Assembly: GCA_965223865.1 (NCBI GenBank)
Contig: OZ245020.1
Coordinates: forward strand, 160,001-224,000
Direction of reading: 5' to 3'
Length of the DNA: 64,000 nt
Origin: Nitrosarchaeum sp.
Lineage (GTDB): Archaea > Thermoproteota > Nitrososphaeria > Nitrososphaerales > Nitrosopumilaceae
The first letter of the stretch is position 1, and each line of letters starts with the position of its first letter. The notes beneath the pieces are model-generated. The model saw only the letters and a list, made by a program, of their open reading frames with translations. It did no database searches and had not been told where the DNA came from. The position numbers and the translations under genes were made by a program. Shown piece after piece: positions 1 to 10,666 of the stretch.

Positions 1-66
1 TAAAAGAGATGTTTTACCAGAGTCTACATGACCTAAAACTGCCACAATGGGCTGACGAATCTGCAA
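1..66 (-). CDS. infB: Translation initiation factor aIF5B/IF-2, N-terminus (runs off window)
   Basis: Manual translation from TTG at 66: MQIRQPIVAVLGHVDSGKTSLL (G1 box GHVDxGKT); follows ndk as in the conserved archaeal operon. Confidence 0.9.
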   Translation of the reverse strand, partial: MQIRQPIVAVLGHVDSGKTSLL

Positions 67-72
67 GCCAGA

Positions 73-474
73 TCACTCAAATGCTACCCTCGATTCGTGT
101 TCAAAACTTTCCTGTGAATCAGACGCATGAATAATATTTTCACTGAATCCCAATCCAAAGTCTCCACGGATTGAACCAGGTGCTGCTTCAAATGACTTTG
201 TTGCACCAATCATAATTCTTGTAGTGGCAATTGCATTGTTTCCTTCAATAACTGCAGCAACCACCGGTCCTGATGTGATAAATGATGTAAGCTCACCAAA
301 GAATGGTTTGTCTTTGTGAACTCCATAAAAGTTCTCAGCTTGCTCCTGAGAAAACGTAAACATTTTTAGTTTTAAAATTTTTAATCCTTTTCTTTCAAAT
401 CTAGATATTACTTCTCCAATTAGATTTCTAGCTACCGCATCAGGCTTTACAATGAATAATGATTGTTCAGTCAA
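73..474 (-). CDS. ndk: Nucleoside diphosphate kinase
   Basis: [16 protein letters not shown] and NIIHASDS motifs. Confidence 0.98.
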   Translation of the reverse strand: MTEQSLFIVKPDAVARNLIGEVISRFERKGLKILKLKMFTFSQEQAENFYGVHKDKPFFGELTSFITSGPVVAAVIEGNNAIATTRIMIGATKSFEAAPGSIRGDFGLGFSENIIHASDSQESFEHESRVAFE

Positions 475-476
475 TT

Positions 477-677
477 CTACTTCTTTTTAATTCCGCCCTT
501 GACGTACTTTTTGGTCCATTTTAATTTTCTTGGATCGCGTTTTAGATCTAATGCATTTTTCTTGCATTTAGAGGAACAAAACCATAAGACAGTTCCATCA
601 TTTTTTGCAAGCATTGTGCCAGAACCTTTTGCTACCGGTCTGTCACAAAAATTACATGGTTTAACTAAAAGACTCAT
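477..677 (-). CDS. rpl24e: 50S ribosomal protein L24e
   Basis: CNFC...FCSSKC...RDPRKLKWT. Confidence 0.97.
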   Translation of the reverse strand: MSLLVKPCNFCDRPVAKGSGTMLAKNDGTVLWFCSSKCKKNALDLKRDPRKLKWTKKYVKGGIKKK

Positions 678-687
678 CCACTTTCAC

Positions 688-900
688 CTATTTGATTTTC
701 TTCGCTTCTCTTTCTGTTTCTCTTAGCATTAGAATTTCTCCTAATCTAACAGAACCTTTCACATTTCTTGTAAGAATTCTACCTTTATCCTTTCCAGAAA
801 GAACCTTTACTCTAACTTGAATAACTTCACCAGCAATGCCAGTTCTTCCAACAATTTGAATAATTTCAGACTGAATTACTTCGTCAGTAGTAGTGCTCAT
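688..900 (-). CDS. rps28e: 30S ribosomal protein S28e
   Basis: [28 protein letters not shown]. Confidence 0.97.
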   Translation of the reverse strand: MSTTTDEVIQSEIIQIVGRTGIAGEVIQVRVKVLSGKDKGRILTRNVKGSVRLGEILMLRETEREAKKIK

Positions 901-1283
901 TGATCAGTCTTTCCACCTTTAATTTTAGCAATTGATGAGACAACTTGATCTACAATATGTTGTGCATCACCAGCATCCAAAATTGCTGCAGCGGCAGAGG
1001 TAATGTCAATTCCCAGAGATTTTCCTAGTTCCTGTTTACTTGGAACAAATGCATATGATGCGCCCTGTTCTTCACATAAGATGGGAAGATGAGCAACTAC
1101 CTCTGGTGGTTCAACATCTTCGGCAATAACTATTAGTTTGCTTGTTCCACGTTCAATTGCCTTTGTGGCTTCGTTAGTTCCTTTCTTTACTTTACCGCTA
1201 GTAGATGCAACTCTAACGGCCTCCAGTATTGGATTAACGAGGTCCTCTGGTGTCTCATATTTTACATAATAAGCCTTACCCAT
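897..1283 (-). CDS. rpl7ae: 50S ribosomal protein L7Ae
   Basis: [29 protein letters not shown]. Confidence 0.98.
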   Translation of the reverse strand: MGKAYYVKYETPEDLVNPILEAVRVASTSGKVKKGTNEATKAIERGTSKLIVIAEDVEPPEVVAHLPILCEEQGASYAFVPSKQELGKSLGIDITSAAAAILDAGDAQHIVDQVVSSIAKIKGGKTDQ

Positions 1284-1345
1284 TTTACGTCACCCTTAGG
1301 GATCATTCTCCATTCTCATCATGCAAGTGTTTGGTTTTAAAAGTG

Positions 1346-2707
1346 TTATCGGGAAATAATGGAATTAGCTTTTTCTGTAAATTCTGACATTAAAGAATCA
1401 AGTTTTTGCTGACTTTCAGCTTCGGCATATATTCTAATGATTGGTTCTGTTCCACTTGGTCTAATCATTACCCATTTTTTTTGATCGATTTGAATTTTGA
1501 TGCCATCAGTTGTATCTGAATTAGCATATTCTTCTTTTAGTTTATTGATCAGCTTTTCAGCATCCTTCCTAGAACAAGATATCTTATCTTTAGTAGTAAA
1601 TGATATGGGAAGATTAGAGATTTCTTCAGTTAACTTTCTTTCAGATTTTGCTAAAAGATCTAGCATCAATGCAAGGGTCATACAGCCATCTCTAACCTGG
1701 TTGTATTTTCCATACATGAATCCTCCATTTTCCTCATAACCAATTAGGGCACGAGTCGGAACCATTTTTCGTGAGACCTCAACACTTCCAACCTTTGTTC
1801 GAATGACTTTAGAATCAAATTCTTTTGCCAATAATTCAATGCTTGAACCAGAATTCAAACATGTAATAACAAGGGAGTTTGGATTATTTTTTAAAATATA
1901 TTTTGCCAATACAAGTGCAGATTTGTCACCCGTAAGAATTTCGCCATTATTATCACAAAATATACTTCTATCACCATCCCCGTCAAAAGCTATTCCGAGA
2001 TCAGCATTATTTTTTTTGACAGCATCAGCCAATACAAAAAGATTTTGTGGTGTTGGTTCAGATCCTCTTCCTGGAAATTTTCCATCAATGTTTTCATTTA
2101 CCAAAATAGCATTACACCCCAAATTCTTACAAAGAATTGGTGCAGATACTGCTTGTGCTCCATTTCCCAAGTCTAAAGCAACTTTGAATTTTTTTGATTG
2201 TATATTTTTGGAATCAACTTGTGAAATAACTCCATCAACATATACTTGGATTGCTTTGGTTTCCTTTCCCGTTTTTCCCCAACGTGTTGGATTTTTTATC
2301 CAAGTTTTATCAAGGTAAATACTCTCAATTATAAGCTCGTCTTCTCTTGAAATTTCGACACCGTCCTTTGCTGAAGGCTTGATTCCATTGTATTGGGGAG
2401 GATTGTGAGAAGCAGTGATCATTATGCCACCAGTATAGCCCAATGTTTTAACTACATATTCAAGACAAGGGGTTGGAACAAGTCCTGCATTATTGCAGTC
2501 AAGTCCAATTGAATTTAGAGTAGCGCAAATAATTTTACAGATTAAAGGACTCGAATCTCTTCCATCATATCCAACTAGTATTGGGCCTTCTTTGAAGTAT
2601 GTTCCTATTGCAAGTGTCATGTCATGTAAAAATTCTAATGTAAAATCTTCTTCAAAGACTCCACGAATTCCATTTGTTCCAAAAAATTTTGCCACAAGTT
2701 TGTTCAA
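1346..2707 (-). CDS. glmM: Phosphoglucosamine mutase / phosphohexomutase
   Basis: FGTNGIRG, TASHNP, DGDGDR, GYEENGG, RPSGTEP motifs. Confidence 0.9.
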   Translation of the reverse strand: MNKLVAKFFGTNGIRGVFEEDFTLEFLHDMTLAIGTYFKEGPILVGYDGRDSSPLICKIICATLNSIGLDCNNAGLVPTPCLEYVVKTLGYTGGIMITASHNPPQYNGIKPSAKDGVEISREDELIIESIYLDKTWIKNPTRWGKTGKETKAIQVYVDGVISQVDSKNIQSKKFKVALDLGNGAQAVSAPILCKNLGCNAILVNENIDGKFPGRGSEPTPQNLFVLADAVKKNNADLGIAFDGDGDRSIFCDNNGEILTGDKSALVLAKYILKNNPNSLVITCLNSGSSIELLAKEFDSKVIRTKVGSVEVSRKMVPTRALIGYEENGGFMYGKYNQVRDGCMTLALMLDLLAKSERKLTEEISNLPISFTTKDKISCSRKDAEKLINKLKEEYANSDTTDGIKIQIDQKKWVMIRPSGTEPIIRIYAEAESQQKLDSLMSEFTEKANSIISR

Positions 2708-2742
2708 TAATAGATAAATTTGTGTTTAATGGAAAATCCGTT

Positions 2743-2830
2743 GCGGGAGTCGCCCAGCCTGGTCAAAGGCGTAGGGCTTAGGACCCTATCTCTCAGGAGT
2801 TCGTGGGTTCAAATCCCACCTCCCGCACCA
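2743..2830 (+). tRNA. tRNA-Leu(TAG)
   Basis: GCGGGAG/CTCCCGC acceptor stem, anticodon loop CT-TAG-GA, long variable arm, GGTTCAAATCC T-arm, encoded CCA. Confidence 0.97.
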
Positions 2831-2884
2831 GATCATTTTTCTCTTAATAATTAATAATGAGACAATATTGATCAAAGAAAAGTC

Positions 2885-3733
2885 ATGAGAAAGACAGTCA
2901 TAGGGATTACAGTTGTTGGTAAAGATAGAGAAGGAATTGTTGCTGCATTTACCAATTTTGTTTTTGAAAAAGGTGGAAATATTGAAAAAGTAAATCAAAA
3001 TGTCATCAAAGGACTTTTTGGAATGTATCTTGAAGCATCCTTTACAAAACAAATTGATATCAAAAAATTTGATTCGGAGATTCAATCACTAGCAAAAAAA
3101 GAAAAGATGGATGTTAGTACACACCATGAGACAAATTCTCAGAAAAACATTGCAATATTTGTAACTAAAGAACCACTTTGTATTGAGACAATTTTGGAAG
3201 CTTCAAAAAACAAATCACTAAAAGGAAACATATCAGTAATTGTTGGAACAGAAAAGACACTAGAATCAATTGCGAAAAAAGAAAATATTCCATTTGTTGC
3301 TGTAGAAGAAAAGAATCAAGAAAAAGCAGAGGCAAAGATTATTGATATATGTAAAAAGTATGACATTGATTTGATCGCACTTGCAAGATATATGAGAATT
3401 CTTACCCCTAACTTTGTTTGGAGATATCCCAATAGAATTATCAATATCCATCCATCGCTACTACCAGCATTTCCTGGAGCATTGGCATATGCACAAGCTT
3501 ATGAAAGAGGAACAAAAATTGTTGGAGTAACATCTCACTATGTAACTGAAAACTTGGATCAAGGACCAATTATTTTCCAAGATTCTTTCAAAGTTGATCC
3601 TAATGATACCTTAGAGGAGATAAAGACAAAAGGACAGAAATTAGAAGCTCAAACTCTGTTAAAAGCAGTAAAAATGCACCTAGAAAATAAGCTAGAGGTA
3701 AGATGGAGAAAGGTCCACATAAAATCCAAGTGA
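2885..3733 (+). CDS. purU: Formyltetrahydrofolate deformylase
   Basis: N-terminal ACT domain; LARYMRIL, INIHPSLLPAFPG, LDQGPII. Confidence 0.93.
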   Translation: MRKTVIGITVVGKDREGIVAAFTNFVFEKGGNIEKVNQNVIKGLFGMYLEASFTKQIDIKKFDSEIQSLAKKEKMDVSTHHETNSQKNIAIFVTKEPLCIETILEASKNKSLKGNISVIVGTEKTLESIAKKENIPFVAVEEKNQEKAEAKIIDICKKYDIDLIALARYMRILTPNFVWRYPNRIINIHPSLLPAFPGALAYAQAYERGTKIVGVTSHYVTENLDQGPIIFQDSFKVDPNDTLEEIKTKGQKLEAQTLLKAVKMHLENKLEVRWRKVHIKSK

Positions 3734-3737
3734 TTAG

Positions 3738-4460
3738 ATGGTAGAGATTAGTTCCCATTTTGATCCAAATTTAAGAAAAAAAATAAAACAAAAAAAACTG
3801 GTTGCAGTAATTCCAGTTGGTTCAATTGAGCAGCATGGAGCACATCTTCCAATATCTACAGATTCGGACATTGTAACTGAAGTTGCAAAAAGAGTTGCCG
3901 AAAAAAAGAGATTCTTGCTTTTGCCTACCATCACTTTTGGAGTCTCATATGAGCATGCTCCATTTTTTAATCTAAGTATAAGACAATCAACGCTAAAGGC
4001 AATTCTTATTGATTTGTGTGAGTCTCTATTATCAAATGGAATTAACACCGTTTTTGTAATAAATGGACATCATGGAAATCTAAAACCTATAAAAAATTTG
4101 AATGAAAAACTCAGAAAACTTTCAAAAAATAAGCTAAAGGTATTTCCATTATCATATTGGCATTTTATGAAAACAGATTTTGATCATGCAGGATTTGTAG
4201 AAACATCCCTAATGCTTGTCATATCTAAAAATGTAAAAATGAATCTTGCAAAAAAAGGGTTAACCACCGAAGGAATGAATAAAAAAGAGTTAGAAAATCT
4301 AGGAAGACTAGCATCAAAATCATTTCCAAAAGTTACAAAGAATGGAGTTTGGGGTGATCCAACCAAAGCTAGTAAAAAAGAGGGCCGGAAGATTTTAGAT
4401 GAAATCGTTGAGAATATCTCAAAAAAGTGTCAAACTTGCCTTACTGGGAATAGCTCATAG
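3738..4460 (+). CDS. Creatininase-family amidohydrolase (ArfB-like)
   Basis: GSIEQHGAHLP..TD, NGHHGN, HAG..ETS, GVWGDP. Confidence 0.88.
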   Translation: MVEISSHFDPNLRKKIKQKKLVAVIPVGSIEQHGAHLPISTDSDIVTEVAKRVAEKKRFLLLPTITFGVSYEHAPFFNLSIRQSTLKAILIDLCESLLSNGINTVFVINGHHGNLKPIKNLNEKLRKLSKNKLKVFPLSYWHFMKTDFDHAGFVETSLMLVISKNVKMNLAKKGLTTEGMNKKELENLGRLASKSFPKVTKNGVWGDPTKASKKEGRKILDEIVENISKKCQTCLTGNSS

Positions 4461-4517
4461 TTTCACCAATGAAATTTTAATATAATCCCTCAATATCAAA
4501 GCCAATAAGTGAAATAG

Positions 4518-4754
4518 ATGTCCGTTGATATGGCAGTTAAAGTACTGGATGAGAGTATCAATCAAGTAGTATTGATAAAACTCAAAGGCGGTAAAACAAT
4601 TAGAGGAAATCTACTTGGTTTTGACCAACACATGAACCTGCTACTCGATTCTTCAGAGGAAATTCCTACTGAGGGCGATTCAAAAAGCCTTGGAACCATT
4701 GTGGTTAGAGGAGACAATGTAGTTATGATATCTCCTCCACCAGCAAAAAATTAG
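4518..4754 (+). CDS. Sm/Lsm RNA-binding protein (SmAP)
   Basis: Sm1 [10 protein letters not shown], Sm2 VRGDNV; upstream of L37e. Confidence 0.95.
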   Translation: MSVDMAVKVLDESINQVVLIKLKGGKTIRGNLLGFDQHMNLLLDSSEEIPTEGDSKSLGTIVVRGDNVVMISPPPAKN

Positions 4755-4763
4755 GTGATTTAG

Positions 4764-4931
4764 ATGGTTAAAGGCACAACTTCAATGGGTGGTTTTACAA
4801 AGAAGAAAGTTCACATTAGATGTAGAAGATGTGGTAAGAATTCTCTTCATAAAAGACACCATTCCTGTGCAAGTTGTGGATTCCCAGAGGCAAAACGCAG
4901 AAAGTATTCATGGATTAAATGGTATACATAG
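4764..4931 (+). CDS. rpl37e: 50S ribosomal protein L37e (absent from ORF track)
   Basis: Manual translation [55 protein letters not shown]. Confidence 0.96.
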   Translation: MVKGTTSMGGFTKKKVHIRCRRCGKNSLHKRHHSCASCGFPEAKRRKYSWIKWYT

Positions 4932-5900
4932 ATGCAAGAAATTGCCATTCTTCTTAGTTCATTAGCAGGTATTGCTACAGCAGCTGCTGTACGAAAAAGA
5001 TCAGGAAATAAAACTCAACTTCTTAGTCTAGGTGCAAGTTCTCATATCAAGAGCCAGATTAGAACTCTAAATATAGAAAAAGACATTCTAACTAAAACAA
5101 TTTCACGGCTATACCAAGCAGATTCTGAATACTCAAAAATACAGCGTGACAAATTATTATTAAAATATCAGCATCAATTAGGAATTGTTTTAGCTAAACT
5201 AGAAAAGTTAGAACAAGCAAGCCAACATCCTGACTTGGGTCCAGTGGGAGATGGTTTGATTACTTTGATGGATCAAAAATTATCAAAACTTGATGATAAA
5301 CTCTACGAATTATCATCAAAGATTTCAACGGAAGAACCAGCTGTACAAGGAAAAAAACAAGAGACAAAGCCTGAGAGAAAACAAGAAGAGAAGATTGGTG
5401 AAAAGACAATCAAAGAAACATTTAGCTTTGAAAAACCAAAAAAAGTTCAAGAATCTATTGTAATTCCACCGTCAAAACAAAAACAATCATTTGAATTAAC
5501 AACACTTACTAGATTATCAAGAAAAGAACCAAAGTTCCCATTATTTGAAAAACCAGTTGAGCCAAAACATGAAACCAAAGAGATTTTCCATTCAAAAACA
5601 ATTAATTCAGAAGAAGAGATTGTACCTAAATTTGTTCAGTCAAAACCAAAAGTTCAAGAAAAGATTGAGATTATTCAATCAGTTACTACAAAACCCAAAA
5701 TACAGCTAGAGAAAAAGCCTGATCTTAACCAAGAAGTAGCAAAAATTACCAAACATAAAGCATTACCTGAACCTGAAAATAAATCAAATTCAATAACACT
5801 CGATGATGATTTTGACGATGACGATTCAGATGATCTAGACAAAATTAAAGGAGAGATAATGAGTGTTCTCTCCAAACTAGACCAAGCCGAGGTAGAGTAA
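4932..5900 (+). CDS. Hypothetical protein (N-terminal membrane anchor, coiled coil, low-complexity tail)
   Basis: 322-aa ORF tightly coupled between rpl37e and rpiA. Confidence 0.75.
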   Translation: MQEIAILLSSLAGIATAAAVRKRSGNKTQLLSLGASSHIKSQIRTLNIEKDILTKTISRLYQADSEYSKIQRDKLLLKYQHQLGIVLAKLEKLEQASQHPDLGPVGDGLITLMDQKLSKLDDKLYELSSKISTEEPAVQGKKQETKPERKQEEKIGEKTIKETFSFEKPKKVQESIVIPPSKQKQSFELTTLTRLSRKEPKFPLFEKPVEPKHETKEIFHSKTINSEEEIVPKFVQSKPKVQEKIEIIQSVTTKPKIQLEKKPDLNQEVAKITKHKALPEPENKSNSITLDDDFDDDDSDDLDKIKGEIMSVLSKLDQAEVE

Positions 5901-6575
5901 TTGTCTTACGATAATGCCATTGAGGCATTGTCAAATGATGCACTAAAGTTAGTAAAAGATGGTTTTGTTATAGGACTTGGGAGTGGAAGAGCAGCTACTA
6001 CACTTGTAAAATCACTTTCAAAACTAATTAAAATAAAAAACTACAACATCAAAGGAGTTCCAACTTCATTGCAGATAAAACAAATTGCTGAAAAAGGTAA
6101 TATTCCATTAGTAGAGGCTGATCAAATTGATCACATCGATGTTGTGTTTGATGGTGCAGACCAAATTGATTCAGAAAGATATGTAATAAAAGGAGGAGGG
6201 GGAGCACTTTTGAGAGAAAATATTTTGTTTAGTTTAGCAAAAAAAGTGGTAGTGATGGCAGACAAATCAAAATTTGTAAAAAATTTTACTAGTCCTGTTC
6301 CAGTTGAAGTTCATCCTCTTGCTAGAACATCAGTTTCAAATGCACTAAAGAATATAGGTGGGAAACCTAATCTTCGTTTACTAGATAGAGGATATCCATT
6401 CTTTACAGAAAATGGAAACATTATTTTTGATTGTGATTTTGGCACAATAAAAAATCCAAAATCACTTACACAAAAGATCAAACAAACTTCCGGAGTAATG
6501 GAATGTGGAATATTTCTAAGAAAACCAGACGTTATTTACAAAGCAAAAAATGGCGGAAAGTTTGACATTTTCTAA
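5901..6575 (+). CDS. rpiA: Ribose-5-phosphate isomerase A
   Basis: GLGSG, DGADQ, IKGGGGALLRE, TENGN. Confidence 0.96.
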   Translation: MSYDNAIEALSNDALKLVKDGFVIGLGSGRAATTLVKSLSKLIKIKNYNIKGVPTSLQIKQIAEKGNIPLVEADQIDHIDVVFDGADQIDSERYVIKGGGGALLRENILFSLAKKVVVMADKSKFVKNFTSPVPVEVHPLARTSVSNALKNIGGKPNLRLLDRGYPFFTENGNIIFDCDFGTIKNPKSLTQKIKQTSGVMECGIFLRKPDVIYKAKNGGKFDIF

Positions 6576-6577
6576 TT

Positions 6578-7450
6578 CTATTTATGTCTAATAGAATTCA
6601 TAAATCCCTGGTTTTCCAACATTAACTCTATCATTTGTTCTCGAATTTGAGGATCATCCATCATAGGATATAATATTTCTCCCATCATTTGTTCAGACAT
6701 AAGAGCCATATGCTCAGGACTTTTAAGCATGAATTGATGCACATCTTGGTTCATTTGGTTATTAATCCAGATGTGATGCATCAGATCCATTATTCTATCT
6801 GAATGAGAGAAGTGCATAGAATGATCCAGAGAATCATGATGTTCATATTGTGGGCACCATGAGCATTTCTCATGGTGCATTCTCTTGTCCATCCCAGAAT
6901 TCACAGGTTCATGAACGGATTTCATCCATAGGGTGTTTTGTTTTAAGTAAGTCTCCATTGCTGGATGTTTTTTCATTTCTTCAATCATTTTTTCTCGTAA
7001 AATAGGGTCATTTGTCATTGGACCCAAAATATTTTTCAAAAGTTTTGGATTTTCTTTGATTTGTGATATCCAGTTTGACATTGTTTTATTAGTCATGTTT
7101 GGATTTTTTAGCATCATTTCATGCCAATGACTCATAAGATTTTGATTTGATACCATGTTTTCTATCAAAGAGTTCATCATATTCTGACGATTCAGAATTA
7201 ATGTGAAATCAAATTTGGTGAAGTTTCTGTCAATCAGCTTGAGATATGTTGAAGGTGTAACACATGCAGGATAACCATTATTTTTTTGTAATAACAAAAA
7301 TCCATCTTTGCATGTCAACTTTTCAGGATCTGCAAAATGTTTCCATTGTTGTCTAGGAGACAAGTTTTCTGCAAAAGAATCATCATAAAAAATTGGATTT
7401 ATCAAAAAACTGGCAGTCATAATAAAACAAATTGCAAAGGGGATTTTCAA
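6578..7450 (-). CDS. Secreted Met/His-rich hypothetical protein
   Basis: Signal peptide, C..G..L..K..G.PACV module, repeated MM/M..M..P helices, HHDSLDHSMHFSH. Confidence 0.8.
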   Translation of the reverse strand: MKIPFAICFIMTASFLINPIFYDDSFAENLSPRQQWKHFADPEKLTCKDGFLLLQKNNGYPACVTPSTYLKLIDRNFTKFDFTLILNRQNMMNSLIENMVSNQNLMSHWHEMMLKNPNMTNKTMSNWISQIKENPKLLKNILGPMTNDPILREKMIEEMKKHPAMETYLKQNTLWMKSVHEPVNSGMDKRMHHEKCSWCPQYEHHDSLDHSMHFSHSDRIMDLMHHIWINNQMNQDVHQFMLKSPEHMALMSEQMMGEILYPMMDDPQIREQMIELMLENQGFMNSIRHK

Positions 7451-7491
7451 TACTATAAAAATTTAATTTTATCATAAAAACGATTCGTAGA

Positions 7492-8883
7492 TTATGTTAC
7501 AGGTCTTGACACTAGTTTTCCATGACCAATTTTTCCAACAACTTCAAAGTCTTCTGCAACAATCTCTCCTCTAACAATAGTCTTTACAGGCCAACCTTTG
7601 AGAGATCTGCCTTCATAAACAATATAATCAGAAAATCCACCAAAAAGATCATTTGATACCTTATTTTCTTTTTTCAAATTAATCATCGTAATATCAGCAT
7701 CAGAATTTTTCTCTAGCACACCTTTTTTTGGATGCATTCCAAAAATTTGAGCTGCGTTTTGACTGGTAAATTTCACAAATTGCTCCAATGTAATTCTGTT
7801 TTTGTTGACTCCTTCGCTTAGCAAAATAGGAATTACTGTTCCTATCCCAGGAAATCCAGCTAGGGCTCCCCAGACATCATTACCACCTAGTTTTAGTTTT
7901 AATTGATTAGCAACATGATCAGTACCTACTGTATCAATTAGATTATTTGATAATGCATTCCATACAGCCTTGTTGTCCTTTTCAGTTCGAATAGGAGGCA
8001 TAACTTTGGCTAGATATCCTCCTTGTTTTTCATATGACAAAGTCAAATAATGAGGACATGTCTCTACAAAGATTTTTGTTCCTAATTCTCTTTCTTCTTT
8101 AATTTGCTCAAGTGCTCTTTGAGAACCAATATGCACAAAGTAAATTACACATCCAAAGTCTCGACCATACTTACATACAGTCTTGATTGCTTTTGCTTCA
8201 AATTCAGGTGAACGACTTTCAGACCAAGCAGATAAGCCATCTTGGTTTTTTTCTTTGGCTGTTTTTATTTCACATGCACAGGATTCATAGTCTTCTGCAT
8301 GAACTAAAACAGGACAACTTAGAGATGCTGCTTTCTTAACAGTTTCTTTAACTATATTGTCATTAACATCAACTTGAGCTGCAATTAGTTCTGAAGAATA
8401 TGGGGGCATATCCATATAGACATGCCCAACTTCTCCTCCAAGATTCATGTAAATTTTAAAAGATGTAATCCCTTTATCAATACAAAATTGCATTTCATTA
8501 ATTTGTTGTTGATTAAAAATTGATGCATGGATTGTATAATCAACATAGTGGTACTTTGAAGCAGCATCAAGCTGTTCTTGCAAAGTATTTTGAAAAGAGT
8601 TTCCTAATCTTAGCATCCTCATCATGGTTGTGATACCACCAATTGCAGCTGCATGAGATTCTGTTCTTGCAGCATTATCAATTGATGAGTATACTCCATA
8701 ATGAACATGAGTATCAATTGGACCTGGAATAGAAATTAAACCAGTTCCGTTAATTTTGTGATCACACACAGGTGTGTCATTTGTAAATCCTACAATTTTT
8801 CCATCATCAATGAGGATATTTTTATCAATCATTCCATGTGGTAAAATGATGTGTGAGTTTGTGATTATAGTGTCATAGGTCAT
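7492..8883 (-). CDS. Cyclic amidohydrolase (dihydroorotase/hydantoinase/allantoinase family)
   Basis: DTHVH, SFKIYM (carbamylated Lys), VHAED, ETCPHYL, GTDH, GWPVKTIVRG. Confidence 0.88.
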   Translation of the reverse strand: MTYDTIITNSHIILPHGMIDKNILIDDGKIVGFTNDTPVCDHKINGTGLISIPGPIDTHVHYGVYSSIDNAARTESHAAAIGGITTMMRMLRLGNSFQNTLQEQLDAASKYHYVDYTIHASIFNQQQINEMQFCIDKGITSFKIYMNLGGEVGHVYMDMPPYSSELIAAQVDVNDNIVKETVKKAASLSCPVLVHAEDYESCACEIKTAKEKNQDGLSAWSESRSPEFEAKAIKTVCKYGRDFGCVIYFVHIGSQRALEQIKEERELGTKIFVETCPHYLTLSYEKQGGYLAKVMPPIRTEKDNKAVWNALSNNLIDTVGTDHVANQLKLKLGGNDVWGALAGFPGIGTVIPILLSEGVNKNRITLEQFVKFTSQNAAQIFGMHPKKGVLEKNSDADITMINLKKENKVSNDLFGGFSDYIVYEGRSLKGWPVKTIVRGEIVAEDFEVVGKIGHGKLVSRPVT

Positions 8884-9123
8884 TTGAGATTTTTCACGTT
8901 CTTCAGTCTATTATGCGTTAAGAAGATTTTTTAAAAATATTCATCACAAATAGGTGTTATAATTGAAAGGCAAAAATGGAAAAATTTCAAATTAATTTGA
9001 TTCCCAATCTTTTGTTAAATGATATTTATCAAGATTCTTTCCATATTTTCCGTCAAATTTTGATTTTATTTCTAAAATAACACTTAGAAAATGAATAAAA
9101 ACGGATCTTAGAGAGTTATGAAG

Positions 9124-9198
9124 GGGCCGGTGGTTTAGGAGCATAATGCCTCGTTCGCAACGAGGAGGTCAGGGGTGCGATTCCCCTCCGGTCCACCA
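9124..9198 (+). tRNA. tRNA-Ala(CGC)
   Basis: GGGCCGG/CCGGTCC acceptor with G3:U70; CCTCG-TT-CGC-AA-CGAGG anticodon arm; encoded CCA. Confidence 0.96.
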
Positions 9199-9240
9199 CA
9201 TCCAGAAACTATTATACATAAACAAAGATTACAAACCTTC

Positions 9241-9603
9241 ATGAAAGTCTTTGATGGAAAAAAAGCAGCAACTGAGTACATGTCAAAGCACACTCTAGCA
9301 TTTTCAACACCTGAATTGACTTTAATGAGATTTGCCTTTTGGTTAGGGGATTCTGTACCTGATCCAGAAAATAAAGTGGAAGAAGGAATACCTAGAATGA
9401 TGACCTTTATGACAGAACAGGATTTTGCGCCAGTATTGATTGACGATGAGAAATACGAGCCAACAGGAGCAGTTAGAAGTTCTGCAGTATATGGAAATGC
9501 AGTGAAAGATACAAGTACGGATGGAAAGTTTTGTTCTGAATGTGGAACAAGTCTTTCTGCTACAGCAAAGTTCTGCCCTGAATGTGGCACCACTCAAGAA
9601 TAG
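9241..9603 (+). CDS. Zinc-ribbon domain protein
   Basis: ATG after the tRNA; C-terminal FCSECG...FCPECG double zinc ribbon. Confidence 0.8.
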   Translation: MKVFDGKKAATEYMSKHTLAFSTPELTLMRFAFWLGDSVPDPENKVEEGIPRMMTFMTEQDFAPVLIDDEKYEPTGAVRSSAVYGNAVKDTSTDGKFCSECGTSLSATAKFCPECGTTQE

Positions 9604-9648
9604 TATTGCTCTAAGATTTCTTAAATACAAAAAATACGTAATAATATC

Positions 9649-9744
9649 ATGGTTTTTAGAAAATGTACACATTGTGGTAGAGAATATGAGGATGTGTTTA
9701 ACCGAAGAGTATGCTCTGATAAATGCTCGTTAGAAATTTCTTAA
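9649..9744 (+). CDS. Putative 31-aa zinc-finger micro-protein
   Basis: MVFRKCTHCGREYEDVFNRRVCSDKCSLEIS; TTAAATA about 25 bp upstream. Confidence 0.55.
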   Translation: MVFRKCTHCGREYEDVFNRRVCSDKCSLEIS

Positions 9745-9938
9745 TTAGCGTGGGCTGATAGTAATTCCTTTTTGCTTCTTGATCATGCAATTATTATTCC
9801 TCCAACAAAAACAATTGATTTAGAATATTTTTGTAATGATTTTGCAGTTTCTCGATATACCTATACATGTTTGTATAATTATTAACAGGAATTCTATAAG
9901 TGAAATCAATTAAGATGAAAATTAAGATTTGAATTTTC

Positions 9939-10478
9939 TTATAATTTAGTTCCACATTTTGTGCAGAATTTTGCATTTGGTCTTAATTCAGATCCACATG
10001 ATGAACAATTGTTTCCACTTGATTGAATTGTTTGTCTTGGCATTAATGAAGGATCAGGTGAAGGTAGTGTTCCAACGTCGCTAAATGCTTCTTGTGCAGA
10101 AACTATACCTGGTGGACCTCCTACGGGATTCTGTGGAGTACCAGTTCTTGGTGGCATTCCCATTTGTCCTGCCATCATTCCTGGTTGTCCCATTCCTGGC
10201 ATCAATCCTGGAGATTGAGTAGTACCAGAACCAGAGCCCATATTTTTTTTCAGCTCAAATATTACCTTAATTGCAAGAAATTCTAGTGCAGAATATGCAA
10301 CTACATAGTCGCCAAGTCTTTGAAAGAATTCTTTGTCACTGATTTGTCCTTTCTTGTACATATTGTTTGTATCAAGAAATGATTCATAGTACCCTTGAGA
10401 TTCATTAAACAAGCTATCAAGCTTGTCAAATAACATGTTTAGAGTATCTACTTCACCAAATGACATAATCAGACTCAT
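9939..10478 (-). CDS. Zinc-ribbon domain protein
   Basis: Helical N-terminus, G/P/M-rich linker, C-terminal CSSCG...FCTKCGTKL. Confidence 0.85.
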   Translation of the reverse strand: MSLIMSFGEVDTLNMLFDKLDSLFNESQGYYESFLDTNNMYKKGQISDKEFFQRLGDYVVAYSALEFLAIKVIFELKKNMGSGSGTTQSPGLMPGMGQPGMMAGQMGMPPRTGTPQNPVGGPPGIVSAQEAFSDVGTLPSPDPSLMPRQTIQSSGNNCSSCGSELRPNAKFCTKCGTKL

Positions 10479-10666
10479 TTCTTGGAATATTAATTACTTT
10501 AGGATCGCTATTTACAAACATTAACTGTATTACTTACTCTTATAGATGAGATTTTAATAATTAATGCTTTCATTATTTCAATTCATTAAATCTAGGCACA
10601 ATATATGATGAATTTGTTCTTGTAATATGCAAGATAGGAAGTTGTATCAAAGGTAGGAAAGTTCCT

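Noticed and set aside
2786-3085. Minus-strand ORF ending WCGRWDLNPRTPER
   Set aside because: Antisense translation of tRNA-Leu and purU
9135-9240. ORFs 9135-9593(-) and the 9175 start overlapping tRNA-Ala
   Set aside because: Shadow ORF or over-extended start; the real start is probably 9241
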